From Orbicella franksi (lineage: Eukaryota), in the NCBI GenBank assembly GCA_964199315.1, contig OZ116700.1, positions 5,394,001-5,458,000 of the forward strand: a stretch of 64,000 nucleotides of DNA, read 5' to 3'. This document shows positions 1 through 12,754 of the stretch, in pieces (the first letter of the stretch is position 1; each line of letters begins with the position of its first letter). The notes below the pieces were generated by a model that saw only the letters and a list, made by a program, of their open reading frames with translations, ran no database searches and was not told the DNA's origin. The translations under genes and the position numbers were made by a program.

Positions 1-512
1 GACATACAAAAACCAACCGCAGTTTCTGCTCATGTTTGACAAGTAAACAATAGGTTAATATTCTTAGCCGAGAAATCCGTGAGGAGCCGGGAAACAGCGC
101 TTAATAAATCAAGTGTGAACATTCGTCTATGTTGCTATTTTCGCCTACTGAAAATTGTACAAAATTTGCAAAATTTCTTCTTTAGTGCTCTGTGGAATTA
201 AATCTTTTTCGACTCGATCAGTGTTACAACTACTTAGTGTTCTACGCTTTTCACCATCACTGATCATGGTTTCACTACACGATTTTCGTCCTGTTTTCTT
301 CCCTATCGATAGCGTGACAACTATTTATGATTGTGTGACACACCGAATGGCACGTCATAATGAAGGCGTTGCTAAGAGAACGATGCGGAGTTACGCAAGA
401 AAAGGACGAGGAGAGAATTTCGACATGTTGTCCAGAAAATAAATTTTCAAAGATAGAATTCATGCGCATTTTAACTGAACCTTCACAACCTTTACTAGGG
501 ATTCCCGTGGTG

Positions 513-621
513 GTAAGGTAAAGTTGAAGTCTGCATACGAGCCAAGTGGCCCATCAAACTGGAGCTTATCCCGGTTTCAGTAGCATGAAGCGACTACGAG
601 TATTTCTACTCCCCCCTGGAT
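513..621 (-). mobile_element. 5'-truncated tRNA-derived SINE (3' tail) with 15-bp target-site duplication
   Basis: Matches the 3' part of the SINE at 40131-40395; flanked by GGGATTCCCGTGGTG (498-512) and GGGATTCCCATGGTG (622-636). Confidence 0.8.
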
Positions 622-737
622 GGGATTCCCATGGTGTCATAGTTGTAATTCAACTAATTTAGTTACCTTGTCGCACGCTATCTTTGTTCAAATATGAAGA
701 GAATTGTCGCGCCTTAGGTATGCGTGATGGTACACCG

Positions 738-769
738 AGATGTCACGCAAGATGTCACGCAAGATGTCA
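738..769. repeat. 12-bp tandem repeat (AGATGTCACGCA) x2.7
   Basis: Directly visible. Confidence 0.9.
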
Positions 770-1967
770 TCACAAAACTTGGAATTCTTTCTTATCTCTT
801 GGACTGTACCGACCCTCTAACCCATGAATGTCGCATGAAAACTGGCAAATATGCTAATGTGTGCTGATAATGGACCGGAGTCTTGATAAACATCGCAGTC
901 AGGTGGATCCAGACTGCAATGAAACTGTCTGTAGTTTGGACTGACATTTCGACAAGAGGCTCTTGAATAGCGCGATATACTCGAGATACTGAACAGGTAA
1001 TTGATATACTGCGGGCGATATGGCGATTTATTTACTCGGGAAAGTCAATTATTTCGAGCAAACGATAACAAAGAAAAAGGGTCGGTTCGCAGCTCTCACG
1101 TCTCACATAAATGGCTTGATACCCTTTGAGAGAACAATAGAACAAACAACAGAAACAATGTCCCTAGCCCTAAAACAATAACAGCTGCTAACAAAGAAAA
1201 GAATTGCAAGCTTACGAGAGCTGTTACACTTCTGACGAAAACTACGAGCTATGGAAAAAAAAAAAAAAGAAAACTTAACACTACCAAAAAATGGAATTGA
1301 TACGGCCAATTTCCGTAATAACGATACACTCAGCACCGCAATTTTTTATCCGATTCTTTAAAGGGAGAATTGCCAGAAAATCTTTTGTTAATTTCCCCAG
1401 GACTTCAATTATTGTCTAAAATAGTAAGGCTTTCACATGGTAAGATTGTAGTATATCACTTGAAAGTTTGCCCAATTTCAATCTGTCCTGAAAACAATAG
1501 ATTCTGTGCACATCGAGGTACATTGCATTCTTTCCGTTTTCCGTCTTTAAGTTTTGGCCCGGAGCCTTGGAACGATAAACCTCTTACTTGAAAAATTCAC
1601 TTTCGGATGATAAAAATATTCATTATCGGTAAACCAAAAGACGTCTGGTGTTAACGACTGCCCACAGAGCACAGTGTGAATATTTTCATACATGTAGTTC
1701 TATATAAGATTTGGAGTAAAAACTGCAATAAACTTGAAAAACATGCTGCGGAAAACAAATCAACAAATTAAAAGTATTCACGATACGACTGATAAATTCC
1801 AACTTACGTGGTGATTGTCTCGGAATTACAAAGAAGCCGGATCACGTATGGCGGATGTTGAAAAGTATATAAACCTACACCTTTTAATATAGACGTTTAT
1901 AATCTGTCCGGTCGACGTACGGAATCTTTGCCAATTCTAACCATCGTTGTTCCTGTTTGATTCATTG

Positions 1968-2157
1968 CAGTGGAACTCCGCCCCATGGCCACCTCGTTAA
2001 TACGGCCACCCCGTAATTACGGCCGCTTCATTCTGGATCGAACAAAAGCTCTGTCACTCATTTTCTTATTTAAAGAACCCCTTTAATACGGCCACTCCGT
2101 TAATACGGCCATATTTTTTGCGGCCCGTTGGTGACCGGATAAATGGTTTTTCCCGGT
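1968..2157. mobile_element. MITE with CAGTGGAAC-type terminus (Tc1/pogo-like)
   Basis: CAGTGGAACTCC start; internal TAATACGGCCAC repeats; related to 47012-47335. Confidence 0.5.
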
Positions 2158-3234
2158 ATTACATAATCATTGTTTCTCAGCTGTAGTAAACGTTTTAAGC
2201 CGAAGTTTCCCGCGATTTGTATGCAATTTTGCACAAAGCAAACCCGAGTTGAACATTTTGTGAATTTTTCGTCAGACCAATATCTGAACTATAAAACCGA
2301 CTTTTAGAAGGCAAATGACATGGATCGAAAATGATAAGGAGAATTTGAAAGCTGATCAGACTTATTACTATTATTAGCAACAAAAATACCAGGAAATATA
2401 CGCGCTTGAAAGAGTGAAAAAAAAATTGATAATCTGTTTGTAGTGTTTACTGGTGAACAGTTCAGACGAGCAGCGGATTAAAGAATTACTTGTCAAAATG
2501 CTGCGTTTCCTGTATGACTGATGCAAAAGACCACAGAACTGAACTATAACGATAACGCAGTCATAGCGATTTGATGAACAAATTTTGATATCCCCCAGGC
2601 AAACATTTCGCGAAATTAAGGCAAGATACCTCTAAGAAATAAACCCATTTCAAGGCTGTAGTAAGCCAATTCAGGTCAAGTGAAAGAACTGAACGTTTTT
2701 TAAACACCATAAACGCTCTCCAACTATTTGTGAAACACAGGAAGTGAAGTAATGTTTGGACTAATTTCTATATGAAATAACAACTGGCGCGTGGCAGGGT
2801 AATGGCTATACAATAAGACTGATGCCTCAGGCTATGCGCAGTAAGAGCTTTAGGAGATGTTCATCTGTATTAAAGTTATCGAGCTTTACCGAACTTGTCA
2901 TCCTTCAAACAGGAATGTTGAACATAATAGGTACAGGTGAAAGTGATATTGACGTTCTCTCACCACTGCAGCTCACTTGTTTCTTTAACAAACCTGAAAA
3001 GCTATTTCATATTTCGAGACTGCCCAACAAAAACAACGAATTTAAACGACGTGATGTTCACAAAAATGATACTTCCCAAATCCCTTAATTTCATGTGATT
3101 GTCACGTAATGAAAAGGACGAAACTGGTATAACTGCTCTTGAGCATTCGTAACAAAATATTTCATCGACTGCGTGCCATTTCGAGAACAAAACACGTTAA
3201 AAATGCAATCCTACATGTGCTCTAAAAACATTAC

Positions 3235-3384
3235 CTGAACATCATCTGTTCGCGTTTTGAGAGCTCGCCGAACAACCACAGGGCTTTGACTCGGCACAAC
3301 ACTCATGGACACGGCATAAGAAGGGGACTGCGCCGTACGGAGCGGCGTTTGGGTTGCCATAGCCCGAGATTGATTTGATTGCCG
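3235..3384 (-). CDS. Candidate exon, Ser/Thr/Pro-rich (RQSNQSRAMATQTP...DDVQ), probably the RhoGEF C-terminal region
   Basis: Acceptor atggttctacag; donor CAG|GTAATG; exactly 150 nt and open throughout only in phase 0. Confidence 0.5.
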
Positions 3385-5855
3385 CTGTAGAACCATGAAT
3401 AAGGTTATCTACTCTCACAGAGCTGGCCAGAAGATCAAAGGCAGTGACTTGTCCCCTCTAAGTAGACCGCCGTGAATTCTTTCAAAGGCCACAGATAAGA
3501 TGGCGAAAATAGCTCATCATTTTGCGCTTCTCAGTTCGATACCGCGACAGTTTCGACTTGGATCGCAATGAATGGGCGACCTTTGATGAGATAAGCCTTT
3601 CCAGAGCAAAAGATCGATCCCGATCGATCCCGAAGTGCATGAAGGTACTCCACTCTCCAAAGGAATGGCCAAGACTGATCCTGGCGGATAATCAGGTTAA
3701 GATCGCCTAAATCCTTAATGGACGAGTTATATTCTTTCACTCAAACCAGACACCGGACATAAAACCTGTACACAAGCGGGGTCAAGTTTCAACACTATCT
3801 AGGATTGATACAAAGTGATCGCATTTCTCAAATTGTTATATTGTATTGCTATCATAGAAGGCTGGAATTGAAAATGACCTCGCGACTAAAACAAATAGTG
3901 TCAACATATTGTTTGAATGCGCTTGCCACAGGCGTAAATAAACACCCAAATTAACATCGCAAGTTAAAAATACTTAAGGATTTGGGTTTAAAGATTCGAT
4001 GGCATCTGAAAAAAACAAGTTGAACTCAGCTCCGGAAAGGTCAAAGGACCGAATTAGCGAACATTGGTATCACGCACAAATAATTGAACAAAATTAACAG
4101 AACAAACATCGACATGAAAGAAACCAACAAAGGACATTTCAGCGCTAACTAACACCTGTACAGCTTCGGAAAAAATCTGCAACCTCCTAATTTTAAAGTG
4201 AATGTTTCCCACAAAAGCACATTTCTCGAGAGGAGCACACATACCAGTCAGCGATTTAGGTTGGACGGACTAAAAAGGCTTTGCAGAAAAGAAAACATAC
4301 CTCTTATGTCGCGGGAAAAAAAAATAATTAGCTAAAGGAATAATGCGTAATTAAAGCGATCTGGCATACAAAGCGAAGATCACGAGATCCTGAAATATTT
4401 CAAGCACGATCCAATTTTATCGCGAGCAAAATCAAATGACAGTTTTTCGAGTGTAATAATAAGTTTTCGATGACTATTAGCGGATTTCAAACGCATTGTC
4501 TCAGTTAAGATTTTGCCATGAAATTACGCGCAAAGGGAAGAACTCGGAAAAAGCGGAAAGCTTTGAAACGTTGCGGTGAACAAGTATCAATGCCGATATA
4601 ACAGCCAAGCGTCACAGAGTCTCTGTTTAAATGTTAAATATGAATTATTATTCAGCGTATAAATAAAAACCCTCAAAACAAAACCATAAATCAAAACTGT
4701 TGTATGTAAGACGCTTGTCACAGATAAACCTGCATAGCATACTTTGTGATTTCCTTTTAAAAACAAAATGGACTAAAAACAGCACCATTAATTATTATTA
4801 CAATTCTCTAGGATCCACGTTTTTTTTTTAAAGTTGTTCGTGTATTTTTAGGGCTGTTCTCTGGATCACGTACATCTCATTAGCTTCCATGTTCAGTTAT
4901 TAACTTATAACGTTGCTAAGCTCGTGAAACTGTCGCCGGCAATGTTGCTACTCTCTAGTCCCTTGTAAGACTGTCCAAAGAATACAGGTTGATATAATTC
5001 ACGTTTGTTACCCACCACCCACGAGAAACAACAACACCACTTAAAACTTACACAACAGTTATGACTAATATTAGAAAGTTGTTCATATTGGTCGTACCAG
5101 CTTTAAAAAGTTGAGGCATAATTCAATATCGACAAAGACTTCTCCAAGGCTAAAATCACGAAACATTACATTTGTTTGTTGATTAAAAATGCTCGAGACA
5201 ACAACGAAAGCGATAGCACACATAATTGCGTTAACAAATTTTAAAATGTAAGGATAACCACTATTTATTACCTTAATTAAATTAATAACTGCCTTCGTAA
5301 AATTTAATTACTTCGATTGTTGAATTTAGAGTGAATGTGTAAGTTTACAGTCGGCGTACAATGTCTGTCAACGTCTTTTTGAGTATTTATGGTTAAAACG
5401 GCCTAGATTTAACTGCCAATGAAGGCATCATGTCATCAACAGTTTCAAATAGAGCCCTTGCTTCAACTAGCGTGACACTAAATAGCAAGTTCCTTCAGTC
5501 ACGCAACTTTGTGCAACATCGTCACGTGAAAATATTTAAATGCACTTTAAGAAAGAAATATTGCCACGGAAAAATTCTGCGTTTGAATTTCTCAATACTA
5601 AAGTACTAGGCATGAACCTGAGCACCGGATACAAAGAACCGGATGACCAGCTACTATAGAACCACCTGCCACTGTCTATTTCGGCAGCTTACGGCGTTTT
5701 GAGCAATTGATGCTTGTCACAAGGGATCGCGTGAGCTTTGCGCGTGAGTTTATCAAACAGTCGTGCAAATCCCGTTTACTTTATCAGTCACACGTGCTCA
5801 TTTGCTTACTCAAACATGAAAGTCAATTTACACATGTCTCGCCACAATATTATTT

Positions 5856-6307
5856 CCCGGGGGCGGGGGGGGGGGGGGTTTACTTCCCAAAGTTTTTGGT
5901 GAGGGTGTGCGGTCCAAGCCTTGAAACCTGTACTCTATTTCGGACCGGAATCTGTGATATTCCATACACTATTTTAGACCTGAACGAAAAATCAATACCC
6001 CATTGAAGAGCTCTAAAATTATTACACGGCTCTTATACATGATCGTAGCCAACCATGAATGACTTTGATTTACGGAAACATTTGAGAAGGGCTACAAATT
6101 TGCGAAGGTTGATGCGGAAAAAATAGTTCCTTAAAAACAGAATGATACCCAATGCAGCGCCAGAGTGAAAAACATACCCTATACACCAAAATAGTCAAAA
6201 CCTTTACCCTTTCTCAGACCAAAACCACTCATCAATTAATGACCATACTCTTTAGGGCCCTACATACCTATATTCATGTACCTCATTTAAGGGAATACCC
6301 CCCCGGA
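5856..6307. mobile_element. MITE with CCCGGGGG termini and 7-bp flanking duplication
   Basis: CCCGGGGG..TTACTTCCC / GGGAATACCCCCCCGGA; ATTATTT at 5849-5855 and 6308-6314; related inverted copy at 47855-48218. Confidence 0.7.
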
Positions 6308-9300
6308 ATTATTTCAAGAGGAAAGTCCACCACACAGACCCCTCATGTGGTAATAACCACAAGAGTTTAGACAAAAACATTCCGTCATAAAATCCCTTGT
6401 ATTTCTAATGCAATTATTTAATTATTTTCTATTATTGTTATAGATAAAGGCCTCGACTTTATTCAACAAAAACCACTCGATCTTTCATCAATACCGCCAA
6501 CCTTATGCACAGGAAAAAAAATTCAAAGTCTGCTAGCTGGAGGATTTTTAAGCTACTTGCTCAAAAACAGAACAAACTACAATGCTACTAAAAATAACTG
6601 CCATGCTATGGAAAGTTGAACACCCTAGAGCATTGGCTAAAATTCCCACGGTAGAGAATCAGATAAACAGCTAAACATTGTTTGTTAAAGGAGTTTAAAT
6701 ACTTTGCCCTCATTAAGACACTGGACAGACATCGCAATGGCACCAACATTTCTAATATCTTGTTTTGCAACAAACGTTCTTCAGTAAAATCTGAAAACAA
6801 TTTGAATTGGGCTAAAATGTTGGTCACAATTTCAATATTTCCAAACGCATACTTGCCTTGCAACCTAAACACGGAAGAACCCTTTCCATCCCGTTCACTC
6901 TGGATTTAAAACCTTTCGCTTCCAGCTGAGGTACACAAACTTCCCATCTTGTCGGTTTTTCGGGCAAACCAAACTTTTGAACACCGAGAAAACAACGAGT
7001 TATTACATTTCCTGGAGAGAGAAATATTACGGGCTAACTACACGCTTTTGTCTACAAGCGTAGACGAAATTAAACCCGCGCCATAATCCAATGTTATGTT
7101 TATAAACTATCTCTTACATACTTTCCACGTCTTCGCTCTACAACTTCAACTTGCGATATTTTCAGCATTGTTAGTTTTTTCGCTTGGGTGATTTAAGTAC
7201 GCGAGAGATTTTTCTCTAGGCCTCTCTACTGAGATGTTTTTGGAGGATATGGGAACAAAATTTGTCAAACAAGGGTTGATTTCTTACCAAAACTTCAACA
7301 GTGGTTTGCATCTTTTTCAACCTGGACTCAGCTGGCCCGTGTTTGGTTACTGATGGTCGCCGGTGCGGCCGTTGTTAAGCCAACAACACGGTATAAATAA
7401 ATAAACCAAAAACTTGTTCCTTTTCAAATCATCACTCGACAAATAAAGAAAAGAATAAAACACAAGCAGGTTTGCTTCTGACGCAAGCAAACATCAACAG
7501 GTTACTCGGAATGGTGAAAGCCGATACGGGAAGATTATCAAGGCACGCACAAACTTTGTGATGATTGTCAGATTTTTCTAGCTCAACGAAAGAAATACAG
7601 GAACTAAATTCCAGCCAAGCGAAATAAAACAAGGAAAACGACAATTTTCTCAGTTATGAAAGAATGCAATATTGCACGACTACAAGCAAGGTTAAATTAC
7701 AGAATAAACCAAAGACGAGTTGGTAATACCACATCATCGAATTAACGGTTTGAAATAATCGAAAAAACACCAGCTGTATAAATTATGAAAACTGGAAAAG
7801 ACTGACGGATTACAAAAAAAAAAAGCCCTGCAATTTTGCTAGGCCAAGAAAACCCTAGTTTAGGCCAATACAAGATGATAATATGGTAGATATAGATGTA
7901 TTGTATTGACTTCGAAACACCTTTTAAAGTAGCTTCATTTCGTTATCAAACCCACGCATAGTTCAGTTTCTTCATTCTTTGCGATTGAAGTTTGTAATTC
8001 TAGAAACTAATGAGCGTGTCAGGAGCCATTATCAAAAACAGCATTGCTTGAGCTGTAAGAATCCGTGCCTCGCGACAAAATACCGCTACCATTACAACAT
8101 TTTGATTTACAAAACATGCCAGTGAAACACAGCGACGCAACCTTCATATATACGAGATGTCACCTTTCAAACGAAAAACCAAAGCTTACCAAGCATTTAA
8201 AATACTTATAGCACAACAATTTATGAGCAACAAGTGCGCCGCTGTAATTTTAACAACCGTGCCAGTTATAAGATTGTCTACCCATCACTGGAGTTCCACG
8301 TCAACGCGAAATTTAAGTGCGAAAACTCAACTTACTTTAGCCGTCACTTACTTTCGTTCGAGGCATAAGCAATCCATCCAAACAGCCGACAACAGAACAA
8401 CTGAACTTCAGAATGAACTCCATCTGAACCCATCAAACGTCAAGTGACATTCAGAGCGATTTCTTTCTCGAACAAAATCGTTACCGTCTTGGTATTTCCA
8501 GACTGGCTTTCTCAATCGTCGATCAATAATAGTGCTCGACAACTCTCAACTTAATCGACGTTTAATGGGTTCTACAACAGTTTTCTGCCCCCTGGAGCCA
8601 GAGACATCCTTCAATATATTGGCTTAATACGTACGTGACTCTCCTGAAGATATGGTTTTCTAGCATTCAAGTCTAGCCGTGGATATCCGCCCTCCCCACC
8701 CCCTCCCGGTGCAGTCTCCCGAGGGCGTAAAGTCTTTCTATAAAGTCTAGAACAGAGCCGAATTTTCTCGTTAGTGTTCACTTTTATTTCCTTTTTCTTT
8801 TTTCTGAAACAAAAAATCTAAAGGATGATTGACTAGGAAATTGTGTTTTTTTTTTTTTGCGTGAACTCTTCACTGCTTAATCGGCATCATTGCTCTGGTC
8901 TGAATTGCAGTAGATTTCTGTCAAGCACCTCTGGATTTTCCCCTCCCCCCCCCCCCCCCCTCTCCCAACCCGCCCCTGGGAATTTGCCACAAAAAGTCTT
9001 CGGATTTGAATCCATGAAACATAAAACGTGCAAAAACAATTCCAGTTCAATAGGATGAAGACTCTCTTCAACAAGACTTCAATAAACCCATCATCGTTCT
9101 TCGTCACTAGCTAATTAACGAAGTCCGTGTATTGACTTCAAACTACTGATTCTAAAGAACACACAAAATCCGAGTGCCTTAATCTCGTGCGTTAATTTAA
9201 AACATCACAGTGGTCGTTGTTAAGAACTCCCTAAATTCGAAACCAGAAAAATTACATGAACAGTTGTGGGCAATTTCAATCATCGTTAGCGATGACGAGA

Positions 9301-10195
9301 CCTTTTAAAAAGTATTTAATTTGCAGACAAGTTTTCCACGAGGGACGAGGTCGACATCTCGGGCGTGAACGTGTTCAATTTGGTGACGAAAGGATGTCGC
9401 ATTTTTCCGGATTTAAAATATCCCACATTCCTCTTTGTAAAATTCTCACTGCTCGAAAAACGTGTTGTTGTCTTCGCACAAAGTTCCGGAACACTCTCAT
9501 TGACTGTCCAAATCACATTTTCTCTCACAAAAAGCAAACCCGACACTGCAACGTTTGCAGACACTGTCTAAAGTTGTGTTCGTGGATTGTAAACACTACT
9601 CGCATGCATGAACGTAATACGTCGTGTCATACGCATGCGCAACCGATCGCTCTTTCGTCGCCATTACGGTTCTGAAAGCAATCTAATTAAACACTTTCTC
9701 GCGAATGCACTTTTGGCTATTTCCGATCCACCAATCAACGCCGTGTTCAGTTACATGAAATACACTTGAATTTCGAAAATTACTGTCAAGTTGTCAGTAA
9801 TTTTCAAGATGCCGACTGTGATACTTTCTTGAACGTTCGTCAAATGCCAGGTTTCTTTTTTCCTTTATACAAAATTTCAGCTAGCACAGCTTCTATGATT
9901 AGACTACTCATAAAGAGTATCGAGATTGTTCCCATAAGTAAAGTAAGTTAAAATTTTTAGATCCCTGGAATAAAGAACTTTTCGTTCTTTTTATGAAAGA
10001 ACTTCAGCTCTCTTAAGTAAGAACCGTAACTGTCATAGATTGGGCAAATGAGTACGTTCGCTGTCAGTGAAAGCTCGCAAATTCTTATCCCACGGTAAAT
10101 AGAGTCTTTTTTCCTACTTAAACTCCGACGGAAAATCCACTGAATCAAGAGCAATCAGCCAAGAACTTGAAGAAAAATTCATACCACGAATTTAC

Positions 10196-10264
10196 CACTG
10201 GAGGGGCAGGTTCGACGTGACCTTGGTCTGGCTGAAGTTTTGTTTTCCAAAATCATTTCTAAAT
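10196..10264 (-). CDS. Candidate downstream exon (DLEMILENKTSARPRSRRTCPSS)
   Basis: Donor G|GTAAAT and open frame, phase 1-1 (alternative acceptor at 10334); no linking phase 0-to-1 exon found. Confidence 0.3.
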
Positions 10265-12709
10265 CTGGTGCGGTAAAGACTATAATTGGATTAAGCACAA
10301 GATTTGGATCACATCTCACGGAAGGAATAAGTGCTAAAACAAAGCTTTTAATAACAAAAACAAAAGCGTTTCTAAACAACGCGCAAAATACTGTCAGACG
10401 TAAACAAAACAAAAATTACGACTGAGGCAATGTCCACGGTTAAATTGTCTTCCTAGAAATTTTGCAGTGTTTTACTTTTCTCTTCAAAAGAGAAACAACA
10501 GAAACGAAAAAAAAACAAATGACTCCGGCAAGTGCCTCTGTTTGCCTCATACTGGCTGCGGCCCTGACAGCCACATCTATACCCTCCCCTCAACTCTCTG
10601 ATACTTCTTCCTCATGTTTTCTTGTCTCTCATACATACCAACGGAGCCTACATGCCTCGCAAAGATATAGGAAAATTAAAGGAAACAAACAATAAAAGTG
10701 TCAAACTACCAGAAAAAGGCGGCAAGGAATGCCAGCTTAAATATGTAAGTCGGCAAAGCTTTTAAATGGGATTTCATTTTAGTGGGTCAACTGCATCCGA
10801 AAATGAGATTAACATCACGACAAGCACGTAGATAAACAACGATAAATTTAAAAAAACAACAACAAAATACAAAAACACAAAAACGTGGACAAATGAACGA
10901 ACAATGGTCGAGCGACGAAAAAATGCGCCATCATCACTTTAACTAACTATAAATACTCTCCACACGAATTTCGTGTCGACTGGGGGCGTTCGCGTGCCAT
11001 TGTATTTGCATCACATTCACCAGGTTTTAGATTAACACCTAAAACATGTTACGCATAGTTTCAAGGCCTTCCAACGCACTGCTTGTTGGCAGGAAAATTT
11101 TCGATACAAAAAAACTGTTTTTCTCGGAGTAAATCTTTCTTCCTCTGAGTAAACCTTTACAAGCTCAAGCTCGAAACGACAGATTTCCCAAGGCGCCTTA
11201 TAGCGACCAGTTAACTGCTATCTACTTCACGTTGATAACAAAATGAGGACAAGAAAAAGCGCTCATAACTTGGCGCGATTACAGTGTTGGGAGAACGTAA
11301 CATTGGAGTTGTTTCTCTATGAAAACACTGATGAAAATATTCAGAACTTCAACAAGCTCCTTAAGTTCGACTGAATTTAACGAACTTAGCTAAAAGATAA
11401 GTGATCCGGCTGTGAAATACAAAAATTCTAAATGGTTTAAAGCAACTGAAGAAGCGACATATAGACATGTGCCCAGGGGCCATAAGAGATCGGACATGGT
11501 CACCACTCCGTCCGAAACTTGATCAGATGTCTGTAGCTTCATCTTAACTGACTCAGTTTACAGAGAGCGCGTTATTTACAGTGCTTGGAAATCCTCTTTA
11601 CTAATAATAAAGTTAGAAATTCGACTTAAAATGAACTTTTCATCTCCCGCCTTTACTTTTGTAAATACACGTGATAGTATAACCTGCTGCCCAAATAAGA
11701 AATTCCAAGGATTGCAATTCCAATTTTAAGCATTTTGTTTTCTTCAATTGAAGTGCTTACTCTTTCACCTGTTTGGACACGAATCCCAGTGCAGGATTAA
11801 TTTGGACAATTCAATAATAAGCTTGAAAAATTGTAATAAATCAGCGCATTTTGACGGGATTTGGGTCTAGCGATATAAATATGGAACAAAATTGCTTAAA
11901 ATAAATCAAACTGATAATGTATATGTTGTTTACCACCTATTCAATTCAAGTTAATACCGGAAGATTAATTAAGGATAAAATACTAAGAAATTATTAAAAT
12001 CGCCCATAATGCAATCTACCTGGACAGCCGGCTTCTTTTTCTCAAAGGAGAGTCTCCAAAACATTTAGCCACAAAAACATTTAGCTCGGAATATTGAAAG
12101 GGCACAGTTCAATTAACAATCCCAAGGGATTTGAGCCCAATGTATTGAATACTGTTCGTGCGACGCGGGTTTAAAAACTCAAAATTCTACACGGATAGCA
12201 TTTTTGCCATCCAGAAATTTCTCAGTTTCTGAAAGCCAATTTCCCCTTGAATATTACACCCAAAGGGCCAAACATTTTACCCAATACTAAGTTTCACAAG
12301 CTCTTTAATTGTTTGTAGTCAATTCGTGTCTAGAGTGATGCCTTCTCTGCACAAAGTCGTATGTTAATGAGGAAAAATGTAAACAGTGACGTCAGCAACG
12401 ATTGCTCCATCCTTTGGAATCAACGAACTTGAAATTCCTCCGCGGCCCAACCAAGGTAACACGAACAACATGAACAAACGTATGAACGACAGAATTGTAC
12501 GGTTGATCTCCACCTCTTTAAAAACCTCTATTTTAATTATTTCTTGTTAATCTGCGCCTCTTTTGTTCTTAGGCCGAGGGGCCCTGTTTGTTTTCATTAT
12601 TTATCGCTTCGTTTGGCCAATTATAACGAGCCTTGTAAAAGGTGCAGGTCGCCCAGATTTGCGTCCCTCACTGGGGCTTTGTAAAAATTTGTTTAATTTG
12701 AGTTCATAC

Positions 12710-12754
12710 CTCATTTTCTGCTTCCACCACCTCTTCTTCTCTGTCCTTCACCAT
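12710..12754 (-). CDS. RBD-RhoGEF exon I (MVKDREEEVVEAENE)
   Basis: Acceptor ttttgttctttcag; donor GAG|GTATGA; 45 nt, phase 0-0; matches the end of the DH domain. Confidence 0.8.

Noticed and set aside
9256-9675. 139-aa Cys/His-rich + strand ORF
   Set aside because: No zinc-finger spacing or other motif; length is compatible with chance
9881-9942. Plus-strand tttcag...AAA|GTAAGT exon-like segment
   Set aside because: Isolated, with no partner exons and no recognisable peptide
11050-11720. Minus-strand frames faintly like an ancient reverse transcriptase
   Set aside because: No PQG or YADD-type motif, and fragments are not convincingly collinear
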